From an uncultured Phycisphaerales bacterium (GTDB taxonomy: Bacteria > Planctomycetota > Phycisphaerae > Tepidisphaerales > Tepidisphaeraceae), in NCBI GenBank assembly GCA_963755915.1, contig CAVWLP010000002.1:1888001-1952000 (forward strand): a DNA stretch of 64,000 bases, read 5' to 3'. Positions 23,477-33,784 of the stretch are shown here, piece by piece. The position numbers were made by a program, and so were the translations under genes. Below the pieces are notes generated by a model. The model ran no database searches, was not told the origin of the DNA, and saw only the letters and a program-made list of their open reading frames with translations. How positions within the stretch are numbered: the stretch's first letter is position 1; the number at the start of each line of letters is the position of its first letter.

Positions 23477-24124
23477 CTATATTACTCCGTGCCGCTCGAT
23501 CTTCCTGGCGTACTCGATCGAGTATCGCGCCCACGGCTGCGCCTCCAGCCGCGCCCGGCTGATCGGCTTCCCCGTCCCTTCGCAGATTCCGTACGTTCCG
23601 TTCTGGATCTTGGCCAGCGCGTCGTTCAAATCGCGAAGCAGCTTGCGGTCTTTTTCCATCAGCCCCAGCGTGAATTCCTGCTCGTAATTGTCGGTGCCCA
23701 TGTCGGCCATGTGCAGCGGCAGATTGGAAAGGTTCGTCCCGCTGCTGCGCAGGGCCTCGCGTTCCATGGAGCTCATGTCGCCGACGATTTCCCGCCGCTT
23801 GGCCAGGATCGCGTCGCGAAAGCCTTCCAGTTCCTTGGGGGTGATGCCCGCGAGGTTCTTTCGTGGCCGCCCGTTGGTGGGAACGGCATCGGCCTGGGGA
23901 ATCTCAACCGGCGGCTCTTCCGGCGGGGCAATCCGCGGAGGGGCAATCGCCGAACGCGCCTTTCCTTTGCCTGGGACGCGATCGCCCAGTTTTGGCGCAG
24001 ATTTTTCTTCGCTTGTATGCGCCCTGTTCGCGCTGACTTTCGCCTGCGTCAGTTTAAGTTTTGGTTGACCGGCGACCTTCGACGCCTTCGGTGGCGACGC
24101 CTTTTTTTTCACTGACTTTGCCAC
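23477..24124 (-). CDS. DksA/TraR-family protein
   Basis: HMADMGTD coiled-coil tip and GTYGICEGTGKPISRARLEAQPWARYSIE. Only one Cys. Start uncertain (GTG 24124). Confidence 0.85.
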   Translation of the reverse strand: MAKSVKKKASPPKASKVAGQPKLKLTQAKVSANRAHTSEEKSAPKLGDRVPGKGKARSAIAPPRIAPPEEPPVEIPQADAVPTNGRPRKNLAGITPKELEGFRDAILAKRREIVGDMSSMEREALRSSGTNLSNLPLHMADMGTDNYEQEFTLGLMEKDRKLLRDLNDALAKIQNGTYGICEGTGKPISRARLEAQPWARYSIEYARKIERHGVI

Positions 24125-24274
24125 AACACCCTCGTGCTTCCAAAGCTCCCCGTTGTCAAAAAAACCAAAGAACAGCGATCTTAACACGTTATCGGCATTT
24201 TGTCAAAAGCGGTGGAGGTTTGACTTACGCATCGACGGCATTAAAACCATTGCCCGCAGCGCAAGGAAAAGTGC

Positions 24275-26256
24275 ATGAAAATCAGCCTCCACTGGCTCAA
24301 GGACTTTCTCCCCACCGGCCTGCCTGACGCGCCGGCGGTCGCCGACGCCCTCACTGCGGCCGGATTTCCCATCGAATCCATCGAGACGCATGGCGACGAC
24401 ACGGTCATCGACGTCGAGGTCACCAGCAACCGCGGCGACTGCCTGAGCCACGCCGGCGTAGCGCGGGAACTCTCGGCCATCCTGCAAATCCCCCTCCACC
24501 TCGATCCGCACTCCGCCCCGGAAGGCTCCGACGCCGCGAGCGCCGCCGTCAGCGTTCGCATCGACGCCCCACAGCTTTGCCCCCATTACACCGCCCGCCT
24601 GATCCGCGGCGTAAAAATCGGACCCTCTCCCGCGTGGATGGCCCAGCGCCTCGAAGCCGTCGGGGTGCGCCCGATCAACAACGTCGTCGACGTCACCAAC
24701 TACGTTATGCTGGAAATGGGCCAGCCCCTGCACGCCTTCGACTTCGCCAAAATCGCCGGCGGGCAGATCGTCGTCCGCAGCGCCGCGCGGGGCGAATCCA
24801 TCACCAGCATCGACGGCCGTAAGCGCGAGCTGGCCGGTTCGATGCTCGTCATCGCCGACGCCCAGAAACCGGTCGCTCTCGCCGGCGTGATGGGCGGTCT
24901 GGAAAGCGAGGTCACCGAAAAAACAACGGATGTGCTTCTCGAATCCGCCCGCTTCGACGCTCTCTGCGTCCGCCGCACCGCTCGCGCCCTGGCGATGAAA
25001 AGCGAAAGCTCCTATCGCTTCGAGCGCGGCATCGATCCGTCGCTCCCGGCTCGCGCCAGCCTGCGCGCGCGCAGCTCATCCTGCAAACCGCTGGCGGACA
25101 ACTCGCCAAAGGGATGGTCCAGGCCGGGTCCGATCGGGCCGAAGCGCGAAAAATCTCCCTGCGCCTTTCGCAGCTCAAACGAATCCTCGGCGTCGAGCTT
25201 CCCACCGATTCCGTCATTGCCGCCTTCAATCGCCTCGGTTTTGCGCCGGTGCTGGCAAACGATCGCATCGAGACAATAGTTCCCACCCATCGCCTCGACG
25301 TGAACACCGAAATCGACCTCGTCGAAGAAGCCGCCCGGCTGATTGGCTACGACAAAATCCCCCTGCGCGATGAGATTTCCATCCGCCTCTCCCCGCCGGA
25401 CCGGGACTGGACCACGCGCGAATCAATCTGCGAACTTTTGGTCAGCGGCGGATATTTCGAAGCCGTCACCTTCAGCTTTATCAGCGATTCCCTGCGCGGC
25501 GACTTCGGCGCCGCCCCCTTGCGCGCCGATGCCAGCGTGCGCAAGACCGACGCCGCCCTGCGCCCGAGCCTGATTCCCGGATTGCTCGAAGCCGTGCGCT
25601 TCAACGAAAACAGCGGCAACGCCGACGCGCGGCTTTTCGAAGTGGGCGCGGTCTTCACCGCCGGCAGCGAGCGCGCCGCGGTCGCCTGGGTTGGGGGCGA
25701 CGCGCGCGAAGTCCGCGGCATGGCCGAAACGCTCCTCTCCCGCCTCGATGCGGAAAAGGAATTCGCCGTCGTCCCCGATTCCCGCCCCGGCTTCGCCGCC
25801 GGCGCCGGCGGGAAAATCGTCTGGGACGGCCAGGAGATCGGATTCCTTGGCCAGATCGATTCCGCCGTCGCCGGCAAACTTTCCCTGCGCGAAACTCCCG
25901 CCGCCGCCGAGCTCGATCTCGCCCCGCTCCTCGCTGGGACACGAACGACCCCCAGGCTCAAACCCCTGCCGCGCTTCCCCGCCGTCCGCCGCGACGTTTC
26001 CCTGATCGTCGCCGAGAACGTGCGATTCGAAAAAATCGAATCTCTGATCCGCGGGCTGAGCCTTGAGTCGCTCGAATCCGTCGATTTCGTCACCACCTAC
26101 CGCGGCAAGCCGCTGGAGAAGGGGCAAAAGAGCGTCACGATCACCCTGGTTTTCCGCTCGCCGACCACGACGCTCACCAGCGAACAGGTGGAAGCGTCCG
26201 TGCAGAAGGCAATCGAAACCGCAAAGCGCGATCTGGGAGCCAGTTTGCGAAGCTGA
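24275..26256 (+). CDS. pheT: Phenylalanyl-tRNA synthetase beta subunit (short form), frameshift near 25068
   Basis: MKISLHWL, NRGDCLS, INNVVDVTNYVMLEMGQPLHAFD, SYRFERG, DLVEEAARLIGYD, LRPSLIPGL and RFPAVRRD. Confidence 0.95.
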
Positions 26257-26312
26257 GCGGCTTCCCCCTCTCCCCCCGCTGCGAGCTCTGCGCCTCTGCG
26301 TGAGATTAATCC

Positions 26313-26860
26313 TCATTGAATTGAAAAATCCGTGACCTTGGATTCAGTCGTGTGAAGCTGAAAGAAATGCTTCCCGCTCCCGGTCTGAAGGTCGCCGCGG
26401 ATGGTCGCCATCGTCGTGCCGTTGTTTGAATCGGTAGTGACGTAAAGGACGGTGACTGATTTAAGTCCGCCCCAGCTTTGAATCTGCGCCGCCGCCGAAT
26501 CCAGCCGGTCGGCGGCGACGCCGAGGCAATCCTGCCGGGCCTGATCGACCGCGGAATTCAGATCGAAGAAAAATCGGTGCGCCGCCGCGCGTCCGGCGCG
26601 CTCAAATCAGCGATGATCCAGAAGAAAATCGTCCAGCCGACGATATTCAGCAGTCCCAGCACGATCGCTCCCCACGCCAGCCGTCGCCCGCGATATTCCC
26701 CGCCGACTGTCTGGCGAAGGCCGATGACCGCCAGGGCGATGGCGCACAGGCCGGAAATATAAGGAACGATCAGAAATATTCCGCACGCCAGGCCGGCGAT
26801 GGAGGGCAGGCTCCATGTCGTCTGCCTCGGCGGGGGCGGTGGCGAGTTGGCCGGCGTCAG
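26313..26860 (-). CDS. Second DUF4190-like membrane protein (start unclear, frameshift near 26595)
   Basis: Manual translation WSLPSIAGLACGIFLIVPYISGLCAIALAVIGL...RGRRLAWGAIVLGLLNIVGW, then in a shifted frame QIQSWGGLK...KVTDFSIQ*. Paralogous to 26864-27511. Confidence 0.6.
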
Positions 26861-26863
26861 AGC

Positions 26864-27511
26864 TTATGGAAGCCATTGGTAGGAATCGACCTTTCTGCTT
26901 CCCCCGGTTTCCGAGAGGGTCATCGTGAATCGATGTTGTCCGCCGCCCGAATAGACGCAGGCCCCGCTGAGTTTCACCGTCCCGTTCCCGTTCATATAGT
27001 TCCAGGATTGCGGAACCACGAAACTTCCCTGAAACGTTCCCCAGCTTTGCATCTGTTTATAGTCGGAGTCCAACTGGTCCTTGGCGACGTTGGACGTCGA
27101 GTTCTGGACGCACTTGTCGATCCGGCCATGGGCCAGATCGGTGATGTAGCTCTGCGCAAAGATCCGCTGCGGCGTGGAACGCTGGAGGACCGTGTACCCC
27201 TCGTAAAACGCCCCGCTCCAGCAGACCAATGAGAGGAGCCCCAGCACCAGCCCGACAATGGCCAACCCACGGCCGCGAACCGTGGGGTTGCCGGTGACGG
27301 CCAAGGCAATCAATCCCGTGACCAGCGCCACAAATCCGGTGGCAAAGGGGATACAGATCAGCATCCCGCAGACGAGGCTGGTCACCGCCAGCCCGCTCAA
27401 CCGGCTCTGGGGCGGCAGCGAATACCCCGGTGGCCCAAACGGTGGCGTGCCGGGTGGAAAATTGGGGGGCGGATACCCCGGCCCCTGCGGTGGTGGAGGA
27501 TATTGCGACAT
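26864..27511 (-). CDS. DUF4190-like membrane protein with Pro-rich N-terminus
   Basis: MSQYPPPPQGPG..., SGLAVTSLVCG...GLIAL...RGRGLAIVGLVLG. Confidence 0.8.
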   Translation of the reverse strand: MSQYPPPPQGPGYPPPNFPPGTPPFGPPGYSLPPQSRLSGLAVTSLVCGMLICIPFATGFVALVTGLIALAVTGNPTVRGRGLAIVGLVLGLLSLVCWSGAFYEGYTVLQRSTPQRIFAQSYITDLAHGRIDKCVQNSTSNVAKDQLDSDYKQMQSWGTFQGSFVVPQSWNYMNGNGTVKLSGACVYSGGGQHRFTMTLSETGGSRKVDSYQWLP

Positions 27512-27561
27512 GTGGTTGGCTCCGAGGTTTGGAACGTCTATATGGTAACAGCGGTGAAGAG

Positions 27562-27690
27562 AATTGCCGAATGCCCATTGCCAATTGCCGAATGAAATGG
27601 CGAGTGAGGGCGCGAGAAGCATGGTACCGTCGCACTGCTCGCCCTTTTTGTCTTCAAATCGGCAATTGGAAATCGGCAATCGGCAATCGC
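27562..27690. repeat. Heptamer-repeat palindrome (ATTGCCG/CGGCAAT type)
   Basis: ATTGCCGAATGCCCATTGCCAATTGCCGAATGAA ... TTCAAATCGGCAATTGGAAATCGGCAATCGGCAATC. Confidence 0.85.
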
Positions 27691-27743
27691 ATTTTGCCCC
27701 GGAGTTTGACGCCTCCGCCGTACCCGGAATACATTGGATGTTG

Positions 27744-30221
27744 ATGCGGATTTTTCTGGCCGGGCTTATGATTTTGGGTTTGCCCGCGGCTGCCCTCGCG
27801 CAGGCCCGCGGCCAGGTCCTCTCCCTGGGCTTCAACAACCATTACCGCCCCGATTGCTGGGTCCCCATGCTCATCCAGCTCACCAGCCAGAGCGCCGATT
27901 CCCAGGATTTCCAGATCCAGGTCGTTCAGAAAGACATCGACCGCGACCGCGTCGTCTATACGCAGATGGTCACCCTCGGCGGCAACGTCGAAGGCCGCCC
28001 CGCGACCACGGAAAATTTCTGGGTCTATTTCAAGCCCACGCCCGTCGATCAGGGATTGCCCGATGCCACCGACATGTCCAAAAATCTGCAATCCCTCAAC
28101 GACGAGTTGAAAGTTTTTCTCTGCGACAAAGATGGCAAGCAGATCTGCACGCTGCCGATGACGGCGACGATTTTAAACGTCGACCCAACCCGATCGTTGG
28201 GCGACGCCGCCCGCAGCACCAAGCTGATTCTTTTTGTAACCGACGGCGCCGACAAACCCGAGATTTCCGATTACACCATGCAGAAGGGTGTCTTGCAGGA
28301 TGTCGACGCCATCGTGGTCGCCCCGCGCGATCTGCCCTCCAAGGTCATCGGATACGAAGCCGTCGATGACATTGTCTGGCTGGACGCGGATGCGAATTTC
28401 CTGGTCAGCGGCACCCGTACACCCTCCCTCGAGGCGCTGCTTCAGTGGGTCAAGCAGGGGGGCGACCTGGTCGTCTGCGAGCCTGCCGAAGCGGTGAAAC
28501 TCAAGCCCTTCGAGCAGATTCTTCCGGTGGGGGGGCAGATCAACGGCGAATGGACCATTCCCACCGTCGATCGCGACGACATGGACGTGCTTTCGCGGAT
28601 TGCTCACCCGGTAAGCAACCGTTTTGTTCCCGATTGGCCCAAAAACCTTGGGACATTCAAGGTCGGCCGCGTGCCGGCGCTGCAAGGGTCCAAAGTCGAT
28701 GAATGGATGGAGTGGAATGACGCCGGCGTGAAATCGTTCACGCCATGGCTCGCCCGGCGCGGGTATGGACTCGGCGCGGTCACGTGGGTCGCCCAGGACC
28801 TGGGCAACGCCGCCCTGACCGAGAAAGCCAAGGGGGGCTGGCGCTATGTCTGGGACCGCGTCTTCGACTGGAACAATCCCTCCGACGTTGCCGAGGACGC
28901 CACCCAGATGGGCGGCTTCGACCCCTTTCCCGCCGCCGACGGCGCGCTGGACCTTGGTTCGCAGGTCATCCGCAACGGGCTCGACGAGTCGAGCACGGCC
29001 GCGGCATTCCTGGCTATCGCCGGATTTTTCTTCGCACTCTACTGGGGCATCGCAGGCCCGGGGCTTTATCTCGTCCTGGTCCTGAAAAAGAAGGCGAATC
29101 TGAGTTGGACGTTATTTGGCGCTACGGCGGTGGCGGCGACATTGCTTACCGCCTTGCTCGTGAAAATCGTTTTGCGCGGACCCCCGAAGTTGCAGCATGT
29201 GAGCATCGTGCAATACGCGTTTGGCGAAGATGACGGAATCATTCACAGCCGATTCGGACTTTATATTCCGCAGGATGGGCTGAAGGAGATTGCCCTTCCG
29301 GACACCGATCCCCACCAGATCAGCTACCTGACGCCCCTCAGTTTGCATCCGCAGTACGTGAACTCAACGGAGCTGCCGTCGTTTTCCACCTATGATATCT
29401 CGGTGCCCGATACCTCCGATCCGACGGAGGTCTCCGCTCAGATTCCCTATCGCAGCACGTCGAAAAAGCTGGAAGCCCAGTGGGTGGGAGACGTCAAGGC
29501 TTCGATCGTTCCCGCCGCCGACAGGCAGATGGTCAAGGTTTATCCCGGCGACAAGATCGAGGGCACCCTCATCAATCACACCGGCGTGGACCTGTGGCAC
29601 ATCTACTTCGGATTCAAGCAGCCGAGCTATGACCAGGTGGATGCGGACAACCACGATGTTGATAGAATCATCTACGTTCAGTCCTGGCCGAAAGAATACG
29701 CGTTGAAATTGGGCGACCTCATGAAACATGACCCCACGCATTCCACCCTGATGGACCTCGACAACCCCGACAAACAGAAGTACATGATGGGCGAGCAGCC
29801 GATGTATGGCAAAATCGGCGCCGCCAACGATAAGGGCAGCACCGACTCTGGCGATTCCTGGAGCCGCTACTGGCAGCAGCAGGGGGGTCACATGGAGGAC
29901 ACCTTCGATTTCGCCCTGCCCATGCTGACCTTTTTCGAACGGCTGCCCCCGATGGAAGTCACCACCGATGAGAAAGGCGCCCGCTACGAATTTCGCCGTC
30001 GCGGCGGACGGGTTTTGGATCTCTCCCCCGCCATGAGCGCAGGCAATTTAGTCATCTGCGCCTTGGCGAACAAGAATGGCGCCCCGGGTCCGCTGCCGAT
30101 GCCCCTGACCGTTTCCGATGAGCCGGTGGCCGGAAACGGGACCACGATCTATCAGTTCGTTCTGCCCCTGGACCGCTCGGCGGTTTCGGGGCCGCCCAGC
30201 ACGCAACCGAGTTCGGAGTGA
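27744..30221 (+). CDS. Large exported/membrane protein associated with an ABC exporter
   Basis: Signal peptide, YRPDCWVP, LLQWVKQGGDLVV, RGYGLGAV and two internal TM helices. First gene of the ABC module. Confidence 0.75.
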   Translation: MRIFLAGLMILGLPAAALAQARGQVLSLGFNNHYRPDCWVPMLIQLTSQSADSQDFQIQVVQKDIDRDRVVYTQMVTLGGNVEGRPATTENFWVYFKPTPVDQGLPDATDMSKNLQSLNDELKVFLCDKDGKQICTLPMTATILNVDPTRSLGDAARSTKLILFVTDGADKPEISDYTMQKGVLQDVDAIVVAPRDLPSKVIGYEAVDDIVWLDADANFLVSGTRTPSLEALLQWVKQGGDLVVCEPAEAVKLKPFEQILPVGGQINGEWTIPTVDRDDMDVLSRIAHPVSNRFVPDWPKNLGTFKVGRVPALQGSKVDEWMEWNDAGVKSFTPWLARRGYGLGAVTWVAQDLGNAALTEKAKGGWRYVWDRVFDWNNPSDVAEDATQMGGFDPFPAADGALDLGSQVIRNGLDESSTAAAFLAIAGFFFALYWGIAGPGLYLVLVLKKKANLSWTLFGATAVAATLLTALLVKIVLRGPPKLQHVSIVQYAFGEDDGIIHSRFGLYIPQDGLKEIALPDTDPHQISYLTPLSLHPQYVNSTELPSFSTYDISVPDTSDPTEVSAQIPYRSTSKKLEAQWVGDVKASIVPAADRQMVKVYPGDKIEGTLINHTGVDLWHIYFGFKQPSYDQVDADNHDVDRIIYVQSWPKEYALKLGDLMKHDPTHSTLMDLDNPDKQKYMMGEQPMYGKIGAANDKGSTDSGDSWSRYWQQQGGHMEDTFDFALPMLTFFERLPPMEVTTDEKGARYEFRRRGGRVLDLSPAMSAGNLVICALANKNGAPGPLPMPLTVSDEPVAGNGTTIYQFVLPLDRSAVSGPPSTQPSSE

Positions 30222-30256
30222 AATGTGCGGATGGGTCCAGTTTCCAATAGGCTTTA

Positions 30257-30376
30257 CCCCCTCTCCCGGTAATCCGGGAGAGGGTTGGGGTGAGGGCCTT
30301 GGAAAATCTGACGTACTTAAGGCCCTCACCCGCGGGCCAAGGCCCGCTTGCCCTCTCCCTGGGTACAGGGAGAGGG
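30257..30376. repeat. Gene-less CCCTCTCCC...GGGAGAGGG double-hairpin element
   Basis: CCCTCTCCCGGTAATCCGGGAGAGGGTTGGGGTGAGGGCC ... GGCCCTCACCC[GCGGGCCAAGGCCCGC]TTGCCCTCTCCCTGGGTACAGGGAGAGGG. Confidence 0.88.
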
Positions 30377-30389
30377 AAGAAGATTCGAT

Positions 30390-31324
30390 ATGGCTGCCGT
30401 AATAAAAACCGTTAACCTCACGAAGCGCTACGGCACACTCGTCGCGCTTTCCAACCTCAACCTCGAAATCAACGAGGGCGATTGCTTCGGCTTCATCGGC
30501 CCCAACGGCGCCGGCAAAACCACCACCATCAAAATCCTCGCCACCCTCCTTCAGCCGACGTGGGGTGAGGCGCGTGTCTGCGATTACGTCGTCGGCTATC
30601 AATCCCGCTCCATCCGTCCCCTCATCGGTTTCGTCCCCGACTACTTCGGCGCTTACGAAGACATGGTCGTCCAGGAATATCTCGAATTCTTCGCCGCCGC
30701 CTACAACATCAACGGCTCCCAGCGCACCAAGATCGTCAACGATGTCCTCGATCTCACCGACCTGGGCTACAAGCGCGACGCCCTCGTCGACGGCCTTTCC
30801 CGCGGCATGAAGCAGCGCCTCTCCATCGCCCGCGTTCTCGTCCACGACCCCAAAGTTCTTCTCCTCGACGAACCCGCCGGAAACCTCGACCCCCGCGCCG
30901 CATCGAAATGCGCGAGCTGCTTAAAGAGCTCCGCCGCATGGGCAAAACCATCCTGATCTCTTCGCACATCCTGCCCGAATTGGCGGATTTGTGTAACACT
31001 GTCGGAATCATCGAGCAGGGCGAGCTTCTCTACAGCGGCCCCGTCGCCGACATCGTCCGCCGCGCCAAGGCCGGCACCGTCGTTCACGTTGGCGTCACCC
31101 GCGCCCCCGAGCAGGCGGCCGCCCTTCTTGCCCAGCATCCCAGCGTCGAAGCCGCCGCGCCCAACAACGGGTTCATCGAAGTCTCCCTCAAAACCGGCGT
31201 GCAGGATTTCAGCTTCATTCCCACGCAGCTTCTGGCCGCTGGTTTTCAAATCAACCTCCTGCGCGAAGAGGAAGTGAACCTCGAAACCGCCTTCATGCGC
31301 CTCACGAAGGGGATGGTGCAGTAG
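30390..31324 (+). CDS. ABC transporter ATP-binding protein, frameshift near 30899
   Basis: GPNGAGKTT, LSRGMKQR, LLLDEP and ISSHIL. One added C restores DPRARIEMRELL. Confidence 0.92.
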
Positions 31325-31325
31325 C

Positions 31326-33404
31326 GTGCTGGGGATCGCAGATTATTTCTGGCGGCTGGTGCCGGGGAATCCGATCCTTCGCCGCGTCGTCGGCAACGCC
31401 GGGAAAAAAAAGCGAGATTTGGTCATCCGCTGCGCCTACCTCGGCGCGCTCGTTGTCGTCGTGCTTTGGCAGCTCTGGTTCGGCAACGCCGATCCCACCA
31501 ATCTCGCCGATCTTTCCAAGACATCCATTCAGCTTTTTCAGTACATGTCCTATCTCCAGCTCGGCCTGGTGGCCCTGCTGTCGCCGATTTTTACCGCCGG
31601 CGCCATCACCCAGGAGAAGGACAGCCAGACCTATGACATTCTTCTCTCCACGCCGCTGACCAACGGCCAGATCGTCATGGGCTCGCTGCTGAGCCGCGAA
31701 TTCTTCGTCATCGCGCTGCTCGTCAGCGGCATTCCCATCTTCGCGGTCACGCAAATCTTCGGCGGCGTGGCCATCTCCAGCATCGTCTACAGCTTCCTCA
31801 TCGCCGCCAGCACTGCGATGGTTACCGGCGCCATGGCGATGGCCATCGCGACCTTCAAGATCGGCACCCGCCGGACGATTTTCAGCTTTTACCTCTTCAT
31901 CGTCGTCTATCTCGTTGGTGGATATCTGCTGGACCGCGTCGACTATTTTCATCTGGGATATTTCGACAGTTCGGGAGCCTACACGCTCACATCCACGAGC
32001 GTGTTCACCGGGTTCAATCCGTTTCTGGCGCTGCGGGTCATTTTTCAGGCTAACGACTATCTTCCGCCAAACCTCGCGGACCTGCCGGCGAATTACCAAT
32101 CGTGGCCCGTCGGTTGGTTCTGGACCAGTCCCGCGTCGTTCTATATCTGCTTCATGCTTTCCCTGAGTCTGGCGATGACGATTCCGTCGGTGCTGCTGCT
32201 GCGGCGATTGGCGCAATCGACGACCTCGCTGCGGAGCTGGTTTTTGCAGCTCATTCACGTCAGCAAGGGCGACCGCTCGCGCAAGCCGCGGCCGGTGTGG
32301 CATAACCCCATCGCCTGGCGGGAAGCGAAAACCAAAGCCTCCGCGGCTCGCGCCACCGTTTTGCGCTATGGGTTCATCATTGCGGGGATGATCGGGGCGG
32401 TGGTGCTGGTGGTGATGCACAGCACGGAAGAGAAGCCGCCGATGTATATCGATCACAGCAGCTTCGACAACACCAAGAACACGCTCTATATCGACGGGAG
32501 CAACAAGCCGGAGATGGTGGTGTCAAGCAACGTGGAGGTGAAGATCAACCAGAACGACGCGAGCCAGGATGCGCTCTATGGCAAATACCAGGTGACGAAC
32601 TATACGCAGGACGGCACCGGCGCGATTGCCACGATTGATTTAGCGCCCTATCCGCGCGAGCTGAGCGAAGAGCAGGCGCGGAACTGGCTGCTGGGGCTGA
32701 GCATCGTGGAGTTTTCGGTGATCCTGCTGATCATCTCCAACGCCGCCGCCAGCACGGTGACGCGCGAGAAGGAGGACGGTACGCTGGACCTGCTGCTTTC
32801 GACGCCGATCACCAGCCGGTACTACATCTGGGGCAAGCTGCGCGGCTTGGTGGCGTTTGTGCTGCCGCTGATCGCGGTGCCGTTCGCGAGCTGCCTGATT
32901 TTCATCTTTCACGACCTGACCCGCTGGCTCGCCGAGCACGACAGCAGCTTTCAGTGGATCGTCTTCCCCGAAGCGATCCTGATGATGCCGGCCATGCTGA
33001 TCATCGTCTGCGCCTTCGCGGCGATTCTGGGGATGCAGATGTCCCTGCGCTGCCGGACGACGGTGCGGGCGGTGATGAGCAGCATCGGCATCATCGTTGG
33101 GGCATGTGCCGGATTGGGATGGTGCGGCTACACAGTCCTGAATTCCCAGGTGCCGCCGGCGATGGCCGTGGCCATCGGGGCGCTGAGTCCCTTCACGGTC
33201 CTGACGATCCTGATCAACCCCTACCAGTTCGGCGGCGACGGGTTTAACGTGAACGGCGGAACCAACTACGACCCGGTAACCGCCCGGCTCGTGGCGTTTA
33301 TCTTCTGCATCCTGGCCATCGCGGGATATGCGGCGATTATCTGGTCGATGTATAAGTCGATGGTGAAGAATTTTGATATGACGATTCGGAAGCAGTCGAG
33401 ATAG
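31326..33404 (+). CDS. ABC-2 type permease with duplicated TM domain
   Basis: AGAITQEKDSQTYDILLSTP and STVTREKEDGTLDLLLSTP repeats, NPIAWRE. Confidence 0.88.
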   Translation: MLGIADYFWRLVPGNPILRRVVGNAGKKKRDLVIRCAYLGALVVVVLWQLWFGNADPTNLADLSKTSIQLFQYMSYLQLGLVALLSPIFTAGAITQEKDSQTYDILLSTPLTNGQIVMGSLLSREFFVIALLVSGIPIFAVTQIFGGVAISSIVYSFLIAASTAMVTGAMAMAIATFKIGTRRTIFSFYLFIVVYLVGGYLLDRVDYFHLGYFDSSGAYTLTSTSVFTGFNPFLALRVIFQANDYLPPNLADLPANYQSWPVGWFWTSPASFYICFMLSLSLAMTIPSVLLLRRLAQSTTSLRSWFLQLIHVSKGDRSRKPRPVWHNPIAWREAKTKASAARATVLRYGFIIAGMIGAVVLVVMHSTEEKPPMYIDHSSFDNTKNTLYIDGSNKPEMVVSSNVEVKINQNDASQDALYGKYQVTNYTQDGTGAIATIDLAPYPRELSEEQARNWLLGLSIVEFSVILLIISNAAASTVTREKEDGTLDLLLSTPITSRYYIWGKLRGLVAFVLPLIAVPFASCLIFIFHDLTRWLAEHDSSFQWIVFPEAILMMPAMLIIVCAFAAILGMQMSLRCRTTVRAVMSSIGIIVGACAGLGWCGYTVLNSQVPPAMAVAIGALSPFTVLTILINPYQFGGDGFNVNGGTNYDPVTARLVAFIFCILAIAGYAAIIWSMYKSMVKNFDMTIRKQSR

Positions 33405-33784
33405 ATATTTTCGGGGCCCGCCTTCATTTCGCGCTCGGGGGCATCGGGTACAAAAGGTAACAGTCCGCAACAAGCTGGGGAAGATGGGTAAAATAGGGGA
33501 GCTATTTCGGGGAATTTGGTCATTGTTTATATTCTATTGTGTCCGTTCAATGATGTGGGGTCGCGGGGAAATTCGAAACTCGAAAGGGGTGCGGTGCTCG
33601 TCGGGGCATCCGAAGAAGATAACCGCAAAGGCGCCAAGGACTCAGAGTAGAAATGGCGGCAGGTTTCGCGAGGCGGCGGAGGTCCGGACGTTTGTCCATC
33701 TCGCTTTTTCATCAGCATCGGCCGCGCGGTCGGGGCGGGAATTGATGCCGTTTTGGCCCCGCATTGGCATCATACCTTCGCTAT

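Noticed and set aside
23477..24124. DksA-like protein with only one cysteine
   Set aside because: Zinc-free DksA variants are established, so this is not unusual enough to report.
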